Of a DNA stretch of 64,000 nucleotides, positions 1 to 10,544 are shown one piece after another; positions within the stretch are counted from its first letter, which is position 1, and every line of letters starts with the position of its first letter. The notes under the pieces were generated by a model that was not told the origin of the DNA, ran no database searches, and was given only the letters and a program-made list of their open reading frames with translations. A program made the position numbers and the translations under genes. The stretch is from contig NC_052162.1 of assembly GCF_902713615.1 (NCBI RefSeq), positions 127,124,653 to 127,188,652 on the forward strand. Reading direction: 5' to 3'. The DNA is from Scyliorhinus canicula (taxonomy: Eukaryota).

Positions 1-277
1 ATCTTTCTATACCCCGTCTGTTCATGTGCCTATCCAGATAAGTCTTAAAGGTCACCAACGTGTCTCAACCAGCTCACTTGGCAGTGCATTCCAGGCCACC
101 GCCACCCTCTGTGTAAAAAAAAAAAAACCCCCCGCACATCTCCACTGAACCTCTCCCCCCTCACCTTGAACTTGTGCCCCCTTGTAATTGTCATTTCCAC
201 CCTGGGAAAAGGCCTCCAACTGTTCACCCTGTCTATACCCCTAATGATTTTATAAACTTCTAACAGGTCGCCCCTCA
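1..277 (-). mobile_element. CR1-clade LINE ORF2 3' fragment, interrupted by a + strand CR1
   Basis: Translation LRGDLLEVYKIIRGIDRV...TRGHKFKVRGERF is the CR1 ORF2 C-terminus; continues at 1251-1790. Confidence 0.85.
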
Positions 278-1250
278 GGATCTGTTTTGGGGCCACTGCT
301 GTTTGTCATTTTTATAAATGACCTGGAAGAGGGTGTAGAAGGATGGGTTCGTAAATTTGCAGATGACACAAAGGTCGGTGGAGTTGTGGACAGTGCTGAT
401 CAATGTTATAGGTTACAGAGGGACATAGATAAGCTGCAGAGCTGGGCTGAGAGGTGGCAGATGGAGTTTAATGCGGAAAAGTGTGAGGTGGTTCACTTTG
501 GAAGGAGTAACAGGAATGCAGAGTACCGGGCTAATGGCAAGATTCTTGGTAGTGTAGATGAACAGAGAGATCTCGGCATCCAGGTACATAAATCCCTGAA
601 AGTTGCCACCCAGGTTAATAGGGCTGTTAAGAAGGCATATGGTGTGCTAGCCTTTATCAGTAGGAGGATTGAGTTTCAGAACCACGAGGTCATGCTGCAG
701 CTGTACAAAACTCTGGTGTGGCCACACCTGGAGTACTGCGTGCAGTTCTGGTCACCACATTATAGGAAGGATGTGGAAGCTTTGGAAAGGGTTCAGAGGA
801 GATTTACTAGGATGTTGCCTGGTATGGAGGGAAGGTCTTATGAGGAAAGGCTCAGGGACTTGAGGTTGTTTTCGTTAGAGAGGAGAAGGCTGAGGGGTGA
901 CTTAATAGAGACATATAAGATAGTCAGAGGGTTAGATAGGGTGGACAGTGAGAGTCTTTTTCCTCGGATGGTGATGACCAACACGAGGGGACATAGCTTT
1001 AAATTGAGGGGTGGTAGATATAGGACAGATGTCAGAGGCAGTTTCTTTACTCAGAGAGTAGTAGGGGTGTGGAACGCCCCACCTGCAACAGTAGTAGACT
1101 CGCCAAATTTAAGGGCATTTAAGTGGTCACTGGTTAGATATATGGATGAAAATGGAATAGTATAGGTCAGATAGGCTTCAGATGGTTTCACGGGTCGGCG
1201 CAACATCGAGGGCCGAAGGGCCCGTACTGCGCTGTAATGTTCTATGTTCT
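278..1250 (+). mobile_element. 5'-truncated young CR1 (HER1-like) LINE: RT C-terminal half, 3' UTR and (TTCTATG) tail
   Basis: Uninterrupted 292-codon frame 287-1165 with GSVLGPLLF, KFADDTK, QMEFNAEKC, PHLEYCVQFWSP; 3' end gggccgaagggcc...gttctatgttct. Confidence 0.93.
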
Positions 1251-1790
1251 ATCTGACTCTCGAGGGAGAGCAATCCCAGTTTATTCAATCCCTCCTCAGA
1301 GCTAATACCCTCAATACCAGGCAACATCCTGGTAAACCTTTTCTGTACTCTCTCCAAAGCCTCCACATCCTTCTGGTAGTGCGGTGACCAGAATTGGACA
1401 CAGTATTCCAAATGTGGCCGAACCAACGTTCAATATAATTGTAACATGATTTTACGAGCTTTTATACTTAATCCCCATCCTATGAAGGCAAGCATGCCAT
1501 ATGCTTTCTTTACCACCATTTCCACCTGTGCTGCCACTTTTAAGGATCTGTGGATCTGCACGCCCAGATCTCTCTGTGTCTCTACTCTCCTGATGAATCC
1601 GCCATTTATTTTGTAGCTCCCACCTGAATTGGAACTACCAAAATGCATCACCTTGCATCTGTCCAGGTTAAATACCATCTGCAATTTCTCTGCCTGTTTT
1701 TGCAGCCTATCTATACCCTGCTGTATTCTCTGACAATCATCATCACCATCTCCAACTCCTGCAATCTTAGTATCATCCGCAAACTTGTCT
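1251..1790 (-). mobile_element. CR1 LINE ORF2 fragment (same copy as 1-277)
   Basis: VRPHLEYCVQFWSPHY and QMVFNLDRCKVMHFG in shifted frames; KFADDTK near 1765-1786. Confidence 0.88.
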
Positions 1791-1799
1791 TACATGTAT

Positions 1800-2160
1800 C
1801 ACCTTTGATATTACCCTAAAGACCTCCCTCCAATACCCCTCCAGTCTCAGACAGGACCAAACCATATGGAAGTGATTTGCAGCCCCCCCCCCAACCACCA
1901 CACACCGTTCACAAAATCCTCTACCCCCTCAAAGAGTTGGCTCATCCTCGCCCTTGTGAGGTGCACCCTATACACCACCTTCAACTGTATCAGCCCCAAC
2001 CTCATGCACAAAGTTGACGCATTCACCCTCCGGAGAGCACCTCACACCACAACCCCTCCTCCATGTCCTACCCCAACTCTTCCTCCCACTTTGCCTTAAT
2101 CCTCTCAAGTGATGCCTTGTCTTCTCCCACAATAACCTCATAAATCGCTGACACGCCCCA
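1800..2160 (-). mobile_element. L1/Tx1-clade LINE ORF2 C-terminal fragment
   Basis: Reverse complement resembles the + strand L1/Tx1 pieces at 18113 and 54700 (EVLRRVNASTLCMRLGLIQLKVV-like). Confidence 0.6.
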
Positions 2161-2413
2161 CTTCTCAGAGGCAGAGGCGCAGTGTTTTTTTTTTTAATTT
2201 CCCCAAGTAATGGGCAATTTATTGTGGCCAATCCACCTACCCTGCATATTTTTGGGTTACAGGCGGGAGGGAGACCCACGCAGACACAGGGAGAATGGGG
2301 ATCAGGGGTTATGGGAAGAAGGCAGGAGAACGGGGATGAGAAAATATCAGCCATGATTGAATGGCAGTGCAGACGTCGATGGGCCGAGTGGCCTAATTCT
2401 GCTCCTGTATCTT

Positions 2414-2530
2414 AAGGAATGTGCAAACTCCACACGGACAGTGACCCGGGGCTGTGATTATACCCGGGCCCTCAGCGGTGTGAGGTAGCAGTGCTAACCA
2501 ATGCGCCACCGTGCCGCACTCTTTTTTTTT
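2414..2530 (-). mobile_element. HE1/V-SINE-like tRNA SINE 5' fragment
   Basis: Reverse complement gcggcacggtggcgcattggttagcactgctacctca...ggtcactgtccgtgtggagtttgcacatt. Confidence 0.75.
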
Positions 2531-3415
2531 TTGAAAGATTATAACAGCAAAAGAATTCACAGTCTAGGAGAATGCGAACTAGATGTCAGTGCAAAGAATA
2601 AAATGCATAAAGTGAAGCCTTCCATTGTCGAGACTAAATGTGAATCACTACTGAGAGTGGAAGCCTGTGAAGCACTGGAATTGGTAATAAGAGGATTCAG
2701 TGCTGACTGTGCTGCAATCACTCAAAAATACATCAGTGGATTCAATCCTTCCAGCATTTCCCGAAATATTTCAAGGATTTGGAGTTTTGCCATTCGCGTG
2801 TCGGATCCACCTGGAAGAGAATGAGCAACCAGTCATACATACACCAAGGTGAGTACCAGCCAACAGAAAAGATCGACTAAAAAAAATGACTTGGACAGGA
2901 TGACAAACCTGAGGTGACACAACGAATTGAAGAACCAACGGACTGGGTAAAATAATGACCTGCGAATCTGCATGGATCCCGAAGATCTCAATTTAAATAT
3001 AAAGAGAGAGCATTGTCCAATTGTGAAAAGAGAAGGGATTGTGTGCGAGATGTCCGGAGCGACCTGCTTCAGCAAACTAGATGCTCAGCAGGGTTTTTGG
3101 CAACTTGAGCTGGATGAGGAAAGCAGAAAGCTGTGCACCTTCAACACTGCATTCGGGCATGACTGATTTCTCCGAATGCCATTTGGTATTCTTTCAGCAT
3201 CTGAAACTTTCCGTAGGGCCATAGAACGTGTAGAAGAAATTCCAGGTGTCAAGAGTGTACGTAGACGATATCATTGTTTCGGGTTCAACAAAAGAAGAGC
3301 TCAGCTAAAGGCTTGTCGAAGTGTTGAGAAAAATAAAATTGTAAGTGTGGTCTCAGATTAAACGTGGCCAAATGCCAGTTTGGTGTTGAAGATATGACGT
3401 TCTTGGGCGGCAAAC
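2531..3415 (+). mobile_element. Gypsy/Ty3 LTR retrotransposon pol remnant (post-protease region and RT)
   Basis: RICMDPEDLN...FSKLDAQQGFWQLEL...LCTFNTAFG, RMPFGILSASETF, YVDDII (about 3258), AKCQFG; contains stops and frameshifts. Confidence 0.88.
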
Positions 3416-3530
3416 TTATGGCGGCACGCCAGCACGGTGGTTAGCACTGTTGCTTCACAGCACCACGTTCGATTCCCGGCTTGGGTCACTGTCTGTGCGG
3501 GGGGCCTGCACGTTCTCCCCGTGGGTTTCC

Positions 3531-3620
3531 TCATTCACCCGAGGAAGGAGCTGTGCTCCGAAAGCTAGTGAATTGAAACAAACCTGTTGGACTTTAACCT
3601 GGTGTCGTCAGAACTCTTAG
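3531..3620 (+). mobile_element. Penelope-like element terminal fragment with minimal hammerhead-ribozyme motif
   Basis: ATTCAC-CCGAGGA-A-GGAGC-tgt-GCTCC-GAAA-GC-TA-GTGAAT: helices I and II pair perfectly; core has U4>C. Confidence 0.7.
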
Positions 3621-3904
3621 TTTGCTCGTTATTTGGTTTAACACAGTGGGCGAAGACAGAGAGCTGGCTTGTAATAGAACATAGAACAGCACAGAACAGG
3701 CCCTTCGGCCCTCGATGTTGTGCCGAGCCATGATCACCCTAATGCAGACCAAGACCAGCAGTACGGGTTGAATTCCCGTACCAACCTCCCAAAACAGGCG
3801 CCGGAATGTGGCAACCAGGGGCTTTTCACAGTAATTTAATTGAAGCCCACTTGTGACAATAAGCTATTATTATTATTATTATCATCACTTCAGTTAGATA
3901 CACA

Positions 3905-4128
3905 GGGGCCAGTTTAGCTCAGACGGCTGGACAGTTGGTTCGAGATGCAGAGCGACGCCAACAGCGTGGGTTCAATTCCCGTACTGGCTGAGGTTATTCA
4001 TGAAGGCCCACTTTCTCAACCTTGCCCCTCGCCTGAGGTGTGGTGATGGTCAGATTAAATCACCACCAGGCAGCTCCCCCCGCAAAGGGGAAAGCAGACT
4101 ATGGTCATCTGGGACTATGGCCACTTTG
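3905..4128 (+). mobile_element. tRNA-derived SINE in ZNF intron (paralogous copies about 9823, 22716, 44254, 55763)
   Basis: A-box-like tagctcagacgg and B-box ggttcaattccc followed by a conserved body; repeated in each unit. Confidence 0.7.
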
Positions 4129-4734
4129 CTATAGATACAAATGGAGAAAGATTTTAAGGTCTCTCTATCTGGGACATGAAACAGTGACCATGGATCTGTT
4201 GCTCAAATTAAATCGTACCTTAACAAGAATTGGGAGGGTATATATTGGGTGGAGTGAGTGTTGGATGACTTTTGGGAAGGAGAGGGATCGAATGTTCATA
4301 GAAACTAGAATTGTCTGTTCTGAATGTCTATCCTGTACTAACAGTGATGATTGTGTGAACCCCTTTTACAGCATCTCAGAAGGTGAGGATTTACAGACAG
4401 AAATCTCAAAGCAAACTTCGCATCAACATCCGACAGCGTCGTTCAATTCATCGGGACTGGAATATCATCGGCCTTTAAATCTAGAAAGAGAAATGTTTGT
4501 CTGTTCTGTCTGCTTCAGAATGCTCTAAACATCAGTGTGACTGGAAAAGCACCGAGACACACACACCGGAGTGAGAGTGTTCCAGAGCACTGACTGTGGA
4601 AAGAGCTTTAACCAGTTACACAGCCTGAAAAACATCACACCATTCACAGCGGGGAGAGACCGTACACGTGTTCTGTGTGTGGACGAGGCCTCAACTGGGC
4701 GGTGAACCTGGAGAGACACAAGGGCACCCGCAGC

Positions 4735-5337
4735 ATGGAGAAACCGTGGAAATGTGGGGACTGTGGGAAGGGATTCAGAGCCCCATCCCAATTGGAAGCT
4801 CATCGACGCAGTCACAGTGGGGAGAGGCCGTTCACCTGCTCTCAGTGTGAGAAGGGATTCATTCGGATGTGTAACCTGCAGAGACACCAGCGAGTCCATA
4901 CTGGGGAGAGGCCATTCACCTGCTCTGTGTGTGGGACAGGATTCGCTCGGTTGTGCAACCTGCAGACACACCAGCGAGTCCACACCGGGGAGAGGCCATT
5001 CACCTGCTCCCAGTGTGGGAAGGGATTCAGTGAGTTATCCAACCTGCGGGTACACCTACGAGTCCACAGCGGGGAGAAGCCGTTCACCTGCTCGGACTGT
5101 GGGAAGAAATTCTCTAAGTCATCCAACCTGGTGACACACCAGCGAGTTCACACCAGGGAGAGGCCATTCACCTGCTCTGTGTGTGGTAAGAGATTCAGCG
5201 ATTCATCCACTCGGCTGACACACCAGCGCACTCACAGTAAGGAGAAGCCGTTCACCTGCTCCGAGTGTGGGAAGGGATTCACTCGGTCAACCTACCTGCT
5301 CAAACACCAGCAGGTTCACATCGGGAAGAGGCGGTGA
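4735..5337 (+). CDS. C2H2 zinc-finger protein A, 200 aa, 7 fingers, no effector domain
   Basis: [10 protein letters not shown] start (agcATGG), 7 CxxC-x12-HxxxH units with TGERP linkers; splice acceptor ttttacag ends 4371; its promoter is not in the window. Confidence 0.85.
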   Translation: MEKPWKCGDCGKGFRAPSQLEAHRRSHSGERPFTCSQCEKGFIRMCNLQRHQRVHTGERPFTCSVCGTGFARLCNLQTHQRVHTGERPFTCSQCGKGFSELSNLRVHLRVHSGEKPFTCSDCGKKFSKSSNLVTHQRVHTRERPFTCSVCGKRFSDSSTRLTHQRTHSKEKPFTCSECGKGFTRSTYLLKHQQVHIGKRR

Positions 5338-6117
5338 TACGATCTCTTATTTTATCTTCAATTAAGAGTTACAGGCTTGGTTGACTGGAGGAGTCCAAAA
5401 ATACAACTTTATTTGCGAATCATTCACCTTGATTCTCTTTAATAGAAAAACTAAATCAAAACTTTGATCAAATAATACATCATAACATAATAAAGAGAAT
5501 CAATACATGGTTCAGAATTTCTGCAAGCGTAAGTTGAGAATAAAGTTTGAATCATGAAGCCTTATTCTTAATGAAATTCTGATCAATGGTCTAATCCCTC
5601 ATTTACTCCCATTGGTTTCTAATTCTCAGCTGAAGCTTCCTGATTTATTCAAATATCTGTCTATCACTTAGAAAATGATTTGTTATCCAAGCATTCGTCA
5701 ATTCTTAAGATTTACTGATCTCCATCAAATTAATTAAATGTCTACGTGCTCCCGCCCCTTGTACCAATCCTACAAATATAAGGTGCTTGCATTAACCTTG
5801 CTGTTGCTGAGGCTTTGATACATTTTTATTACTAAATGTTGCTGTTGCTAAGGCTATGATACATTTTCATTACAGATTGTCTTGAGTAACAATGGTTTAT
5901 TAATTACATGGGGCTTTTATGCAATTTTTCATGAAACAATGTTAGATTCCTGCTTAGCAGTCCTTATTTATTATCTGAAACAATGACTATCTTTCCATAT
6001 TAGCCTTGTGGATATTAGATTCACTGTCTGTGCTCTGAATTAAGAAATGTACTGCATCAATTCTTAAAGGCATCAATAAAGCAATATATCAGTGAATCAA
6101 TCAATCAGTAAATATCT
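5335..6117 (-). mobile_element. LTR-like element A (about 780 bp) inserted in the last ZNF linker; supplies the stop codon
   Basis: Ends TGATA...TATCT; flanks GGCGG/GGCCG (GGCTG/GGCCG in other copies) as 5-bp TSD; ZNF sequence resumes after it. Orientation inferred from a reverse AATAAA near the left end. Confidence 0.7.
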
Positions 6118-6199
6118 GGCCGTTTATCTGCTGTGTGTGTGGGAAGCGTTTTCCCTGTTATCCACCCTGCGCAGCTACCAGCGAGTTCACAAGTGATGA
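6118..6199 (+). pseudogene. Orphaned terminal zinc finger (copies start at 12188, 26732, 37277, 46778, 58156)
   Basis: PFICCVCGKRF..LSTLRSYQRVHK** followed by about 120 bp homologous to the 3' end of the - strand ZNF genes (LRYQRAHK*). Confidence 0.8.
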
Positions 6200-7062
6200 C
6201 AGTGTTTGGGCTCTGCTGTTATTGCTGCTGTTAATCACACCCAGGACTGAACCATGTTCATTCTGACACTTGGTGAAGTGGGAGGGTCAGAGGGTTTCTC
6301 TCTGCTGGACTCAGTGAGGGGGGTGAGGAGATTTAGGAGAACCAGGGATGAGGGACTTCAGTTATTTGGAGAGACTGGAGGAAATTGTTCTCTTCAGACC
6401 ATAAGATCCATTCGGGAAGGAGGCCATTCAACCCATTGATACCATGCTGGCTCTCTGTGGAGAAAACTGGTCAGTCCCGTTTCCCTAAAATGTCCATCCA
6501 AATTTCATTTTGAAATAGTTCAGGGTGTCTGCTTCCACCATCCTCACGGGCAGCGAGTTCCACACTCACTGTGCACCTCCCTCCGCACCCGCATCTTTAT
6601 ACTTTCATTCTTTCATGGGATGTGGTGTTTCTGGCCAGGCCCAGCATTTGTTGTCCGTCCCTAATTGCTGCTTTAGAAGGTGTTGGGGGAGGCACCTTCT
6701 TGAACTGCTGAAGTCTGTGTGGTGTCGGTAACACCCCGGCAACAGACCGGTGACACCCACAATGCTGTCAGGGTGGGAGTTCCAGAATAGAAATTCAGAA
6801 CAGACAATTCTAGTTTCTGTGGAATATTCTTTCCTCTCATTCCCCAAGATCTGCAAGTCTCCATCCCAAACACTCTCCCTCCATTCTCACCCTGCTCTAA
6901 TATTCACCCTCCCAATTCTCCTGAAGGTGCTGATTCAGGCTGACTGACAGATCCCTGCTCACTGCTTCCTGTCCTGAACACAGAGACCTGAAAATCTTCC
7001 TGCAGGCTGCCAGACAGATGTATGTCTACATTACTGGACAGAGAATGTGTGTAATATACAGA

Positions 7063-7664
7063 CTGGATTCACTTCCTTTCCCTTCAGTTGCAGCAAGTCC
7101 CCAATGTCCCCCCAGAATGAGGAAAGAAATGGAAAGGGGGAAACATTGATTTCCTCCCAGATGTTGCAGAGGAGGAAGTTTTAGTCCAACCTCCGCATTG
7201 TGATGTCACAAGGGAGCCCTGCCAAGATCAGCCAATAGGAATTACTGATCCGTGGTGACGTCACCGGGCTCCATTGCGCAGAACCCGGGAGCCCCGGCCC
7301 CACCCATTGGTCCCCGCCCACCTCCTCCAGACAAGGTTTCCAGGGCTCCGGCCAGAGCGAGAAGCCGCTCAGTGACCTCCCCCTTCTCCTGGACTGCGCA
7401 TGTGCGGCTGAGAGCTCGCCCTCTGACCTTCCGGCTGAGGTGTTGACCAATGCGAAGATTGGAGGACCGGAAGTACTCTCTTGGTTCAGATCAAACCGCG
7501 GACTTCCGGTGTCTGAAATTGTCGATTCACACAGACTGAAACCTCCTCCTGTCTCCAACATCTGTGAGTAAAACACTTTCTTTTCTCCCCCTTTCCATTT
7601 CTTTTCTCATTCTCACCTTCAATTGGTCACTTGCAGCGACTGAAGGGAAAGGAAGTGAATCCAG
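7063..7664. promoter_or_regulatory. Bidirectional promoter cassette P1 with inverted arms; + exon-1 donor at 7564
   Basis: Arms 7063-7180 and 7539-7664 are diverged reverse complements; core has TGACGTCA, two CCAAT, TGCGCATG, CCGGAAG/CTTCCGG; donor ct|gtgagt. Confidence 0.8.
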
Positions 7665-7871
7665 GGAGGGTGCAGACTCTGCAAAGCTTGGCCCAGGTCT
7701 CTCTCTCTCTCTTAAAGACATTGACATCCTTTGCTCCCTCAGCTTGACACATTTATTTGTCTGGCTAAAAGGATGGTCTCTTTCCCAATGTTCACAATTA
7801 AGGGGCTGCTTTCCCCAGGAGATGGCTGACATTTAAGGGGATAGGAAAATAATATTTAAAAATTCATACAT

Positions 7872-8095
7872 GGGGGCAGCACGGTGGCGCAGTGTCTTAG
7901 CACTGCTGCCTCACGGCGCTGAGGTCCCAGGTTCGATCCCAGCTCTGGGTCACTGTCCGTGTGGAGTTTGCACATTCTCCCTGTGTTTGCGTGGGTTTCG
8001 CCGCCACAAGCCATAGATGTGGAAGTTAGGTAGATTGGCCATGGTAAATTGCACCTTAATTGGAAAAACTTAATTGTGTGCACCAAATTTATAAA
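7872..8095 (+). mobile_element. HE1/V-SINE-like SINE
   Basis: gggcagcacggtggcgcagtg...ggttcgatccc...gggtcactgtccgtgtggagtttgcacattctcc. Confidence 0.8.
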
Positions 8096-8234
8096 AAGAA
8101 AGGGGAAAAAAATAATTCAAAGGATGCAGTTGTTGCTCGTTTAGTCAGTGTTTATTTCGTATTCCTCCAATTCAGAGGGCATTTAAGAGTCAATCACTGT
8201 ATGGGTCGAGTTGAGAAACACCAAGGGGGCGAAA

Positions 8235-9220
8235 TACATTTGTCTGGGTGGTACACAGACCCTCAAACTGTATTGGTAACGTTGGGAATAGCATTAGACA
8301 GGAAATCAGAGATGGATGTGATAAAGGAACATCTGTGATTATGGGTGACTTTAAGCTGCAGATAGATTGGGTGAGTCAAATTAGTCACTCTAAAGAGAAA
8401 GAATTTCTGGAGTGTACTCGGGATGGTTTTCTGGACCAATATGGTGAGGAACCAACAAGGAAACAGCCCAACTTGGACTGGGTGTTGTGCAATGAGAAAG
8501 GCTTTGTTGGCAATCTTGTTATGAGAGAACCTTTGGGGATGTGTTGGGAGGGGAGATCAGTTGGGGAGCATGGGGTGAGGCACTGCAAAGGGTAAACGGG
8601 ACCTCCTCTTGTGCAAGGATGAGCCTGATACAGCTCTAGGTGGTGGGTGCAAATGACTTGGGCGAGAATGAGTGGGTTTTTTCAGGAGGTAGCAGATGGG
8701 TGTGGGCGGGGGCCAGCGAATCACGCGCACATGTTTTGCGGTTGTGTATAATTGGGAAGATTCTGGGCGCGAGTGTTTGCGGCCTTAGCCGGGATAGTGG
8801 AGGAGGAGGTGGACCCGGACCCTTTGGTGGCGATATTTGGGGTTTCAGAGAAGCCGGAGCTCATGGAGAGGAGGAAGGCCAATGTTGTGGCCTTCGCCTC
8901 CCTGATTTATGGTGGTGGATTTTACTGGAGTGGCGGTTGGCATTGCCACTGGGGGTAGCGGCTTAGTTGGGTGACCTGTACGACTTCCTGCGGTTGGAGA
9001 AGATAACGTATGAGTTAAGGGGCTCTGCAGAGGGGTTTGAGAAAAGCTGGGGGATGTTTGTGACTGTGTTTGAGGGGCTGTTCGTCGCAGGGTGGGTGTG
9101 GGTGGAAAAGGGAAACAATTTGTACAAACTGTCAAGTTGATAGCTGGGAAGTATGTTTCCCGGGCTGTTTATTTGCTGTCACCTGTTTTAATACATGTTT
9201 GTAATAAAATACATTTTAAA
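8235..9220 (+). mobile_element. CR1 endonuclease fragment fused (about 8540) to L1/Tx1 3' fragment
   Basis: VIMGDF...LDQYGEEPTRKQPNLDWVLCNE, then PLVAIFGVSEKP...VAFASLI and an A-rich tail. Confidence 0.7.
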
Positions 9221-9229
9221 AAAACATTT

Positions 9230-9650
9230 CTATGTATTGCTGTGGATCTGGGGTCACATGTAGGCCGGACCAGGTAAGGACGGCAGATTTCCTTCCCTAA
9301 ATGACATGAACGAACCAGTTGGGTTTTTACGACAATCGGCAATGGTTCCATGGTCATCATCAGACTTTTAATTCCAGATTTTTACTGAATTCAAATTGCA
9401 CCATCTGCTGTGGTGGGATTTGAACCCTGCTCCCCAGAGCATTTACAAAGCATCTGCTGTGACAAAGAGTCATCCAGACTGGAAACGTTAGCTCCCTTCT
9501 CTCCTCACAGATATTGTCAGACCTGCTGCGATTGTCCAGTATTTTCTGTTTTTGTTTCAGATTCCAGCATCTGCAGTAATTTGCTGTTCTCCCCAGAACA
9601 TTATCCTGGATCTCTGGATTACTGATCCTGTGATAATACCACTGCACCAT
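9230..9650 (-). mobile_element. tRNA-headed SINE (SacSINE/DeuSINE-like) interrupted by a Penelope fragment; copies about 22065-22486 and 55195-55534
   Basis: Reverse complement has A/B-box-like head (tggtgcagtgg; gggttcaaatccc). Confidence 0.55.
9444..9588 (+). mobile_element. Penelope-like 3' terminal fragment with degenerate hammerhead; 14-bp TSD
   Basis: TSD ctccccagagcatt/ctccccagaacatt; gct-GTGACAA-a-gagtc-atcca-gactg-GAAA-cgtt-agc. Confidence 0.65.
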
Positions 9651-10544
9651 GCACTGTGCCGAAGGCCCGGAATCGATCCCGTCCCCGGGTCACTGTCTGT
9701 GTGGAGTTTGCACTTTGCCTCCCCTTCAGTCATTTAGATTATCTGTCAGTTCCAGATTTCTCACATCCTCCTTCCACATAGGGTTCAGTATATTGCTCAT
9801 TATCAGTTCAGTTATATATACAGGGGCCGGTTTAGCTCAGATGGCTGGACAGTTGGTTCGAGATGCAGAGCGACGCCAACAGCGTGGGTTCAATTCCCGT
9901 ACTGGCTGAGGTTATTAATGAAGGCCCACTTTCTCAACCTTGCCCCTCGCCTGAGGTGTGGTGATGGTCAGATTAAATCATCACCAGGCAGCTCTCCCCG
10001 CAAAGGGGAAAGCAGACCATGGTTATCTGGGACCATGGCCACTTTGCTATAGATACAAATGGAGAAAGATTTTAAGGTCTGTCTGTCTGGGACATGAAAC
10101 AGTGACCATGGATCTATTGCTCAAATTAAATCGTACCTTAACAAGAATTGTGAGGGTATATATTGGGTGGAGTGAGTATTGGATGACTTTTGGGAAGGAG
10201 AAGGGATCGAATATTCATAGGAACTAGAATTGTCTGTTCTGAATGTCTATCCTGTACTGACTGTGATGATTGTGTAAACCCCTTTTACAGGATTTCAGAA
10301 GGTGAGGATTTACAGACAGAAATCTCAAAGCAAACTTCACGTCAACATCCGACAGCGTCGCTCAATTCATCGGGACTGGAATATCATCGGCCTTTAAATC
10401 GAGAAGGAGAAATGTTTGTTCTGTCTGTTTCAGAATGCTTTAAACATCAGTGTGACTGGAAAAGCACCGAGACACACACACCCGTGTGAGAGTGTTCCAG
10501 AGCACTGACTGGAGAACCTGGAGAGACACAAGGACACCCGCACC

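Noticed and set aside
3905-3985. tRNA genes
   Set aside because: A/B-box heads continue into SINE bodies; no convincing cloverleaf.
4372-4388. 11-nt microexon (acag|catctcagaag|gtgagg)
   Set aside because: A donor-like word is present but there is no supported downstream acceptor; cannot be judged without RNA data.
4040-4528. Recurrent ORF MVMVRLNHH...LLLKLNRT as an effector or KRAB-like domain
   Set aside because: Spans SINE and intron sequence, has different frameshifts between copies, and shows no KRAB motif; recurrence reflects duplication.
4525-4540. Programmed readthrough or selenocysteine at the shared stops in the first fossil finger
   Set aside because: A TAA is involved and several copies carry frameshifting indels there; decay is simpler.
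4525-5134. Overlapping and antisense ORFs over ZNF exons ([28 protein letters not shown])
   Set aside because: Shadow frames of the 84-bp finger repeat; same at all ZNF exons.
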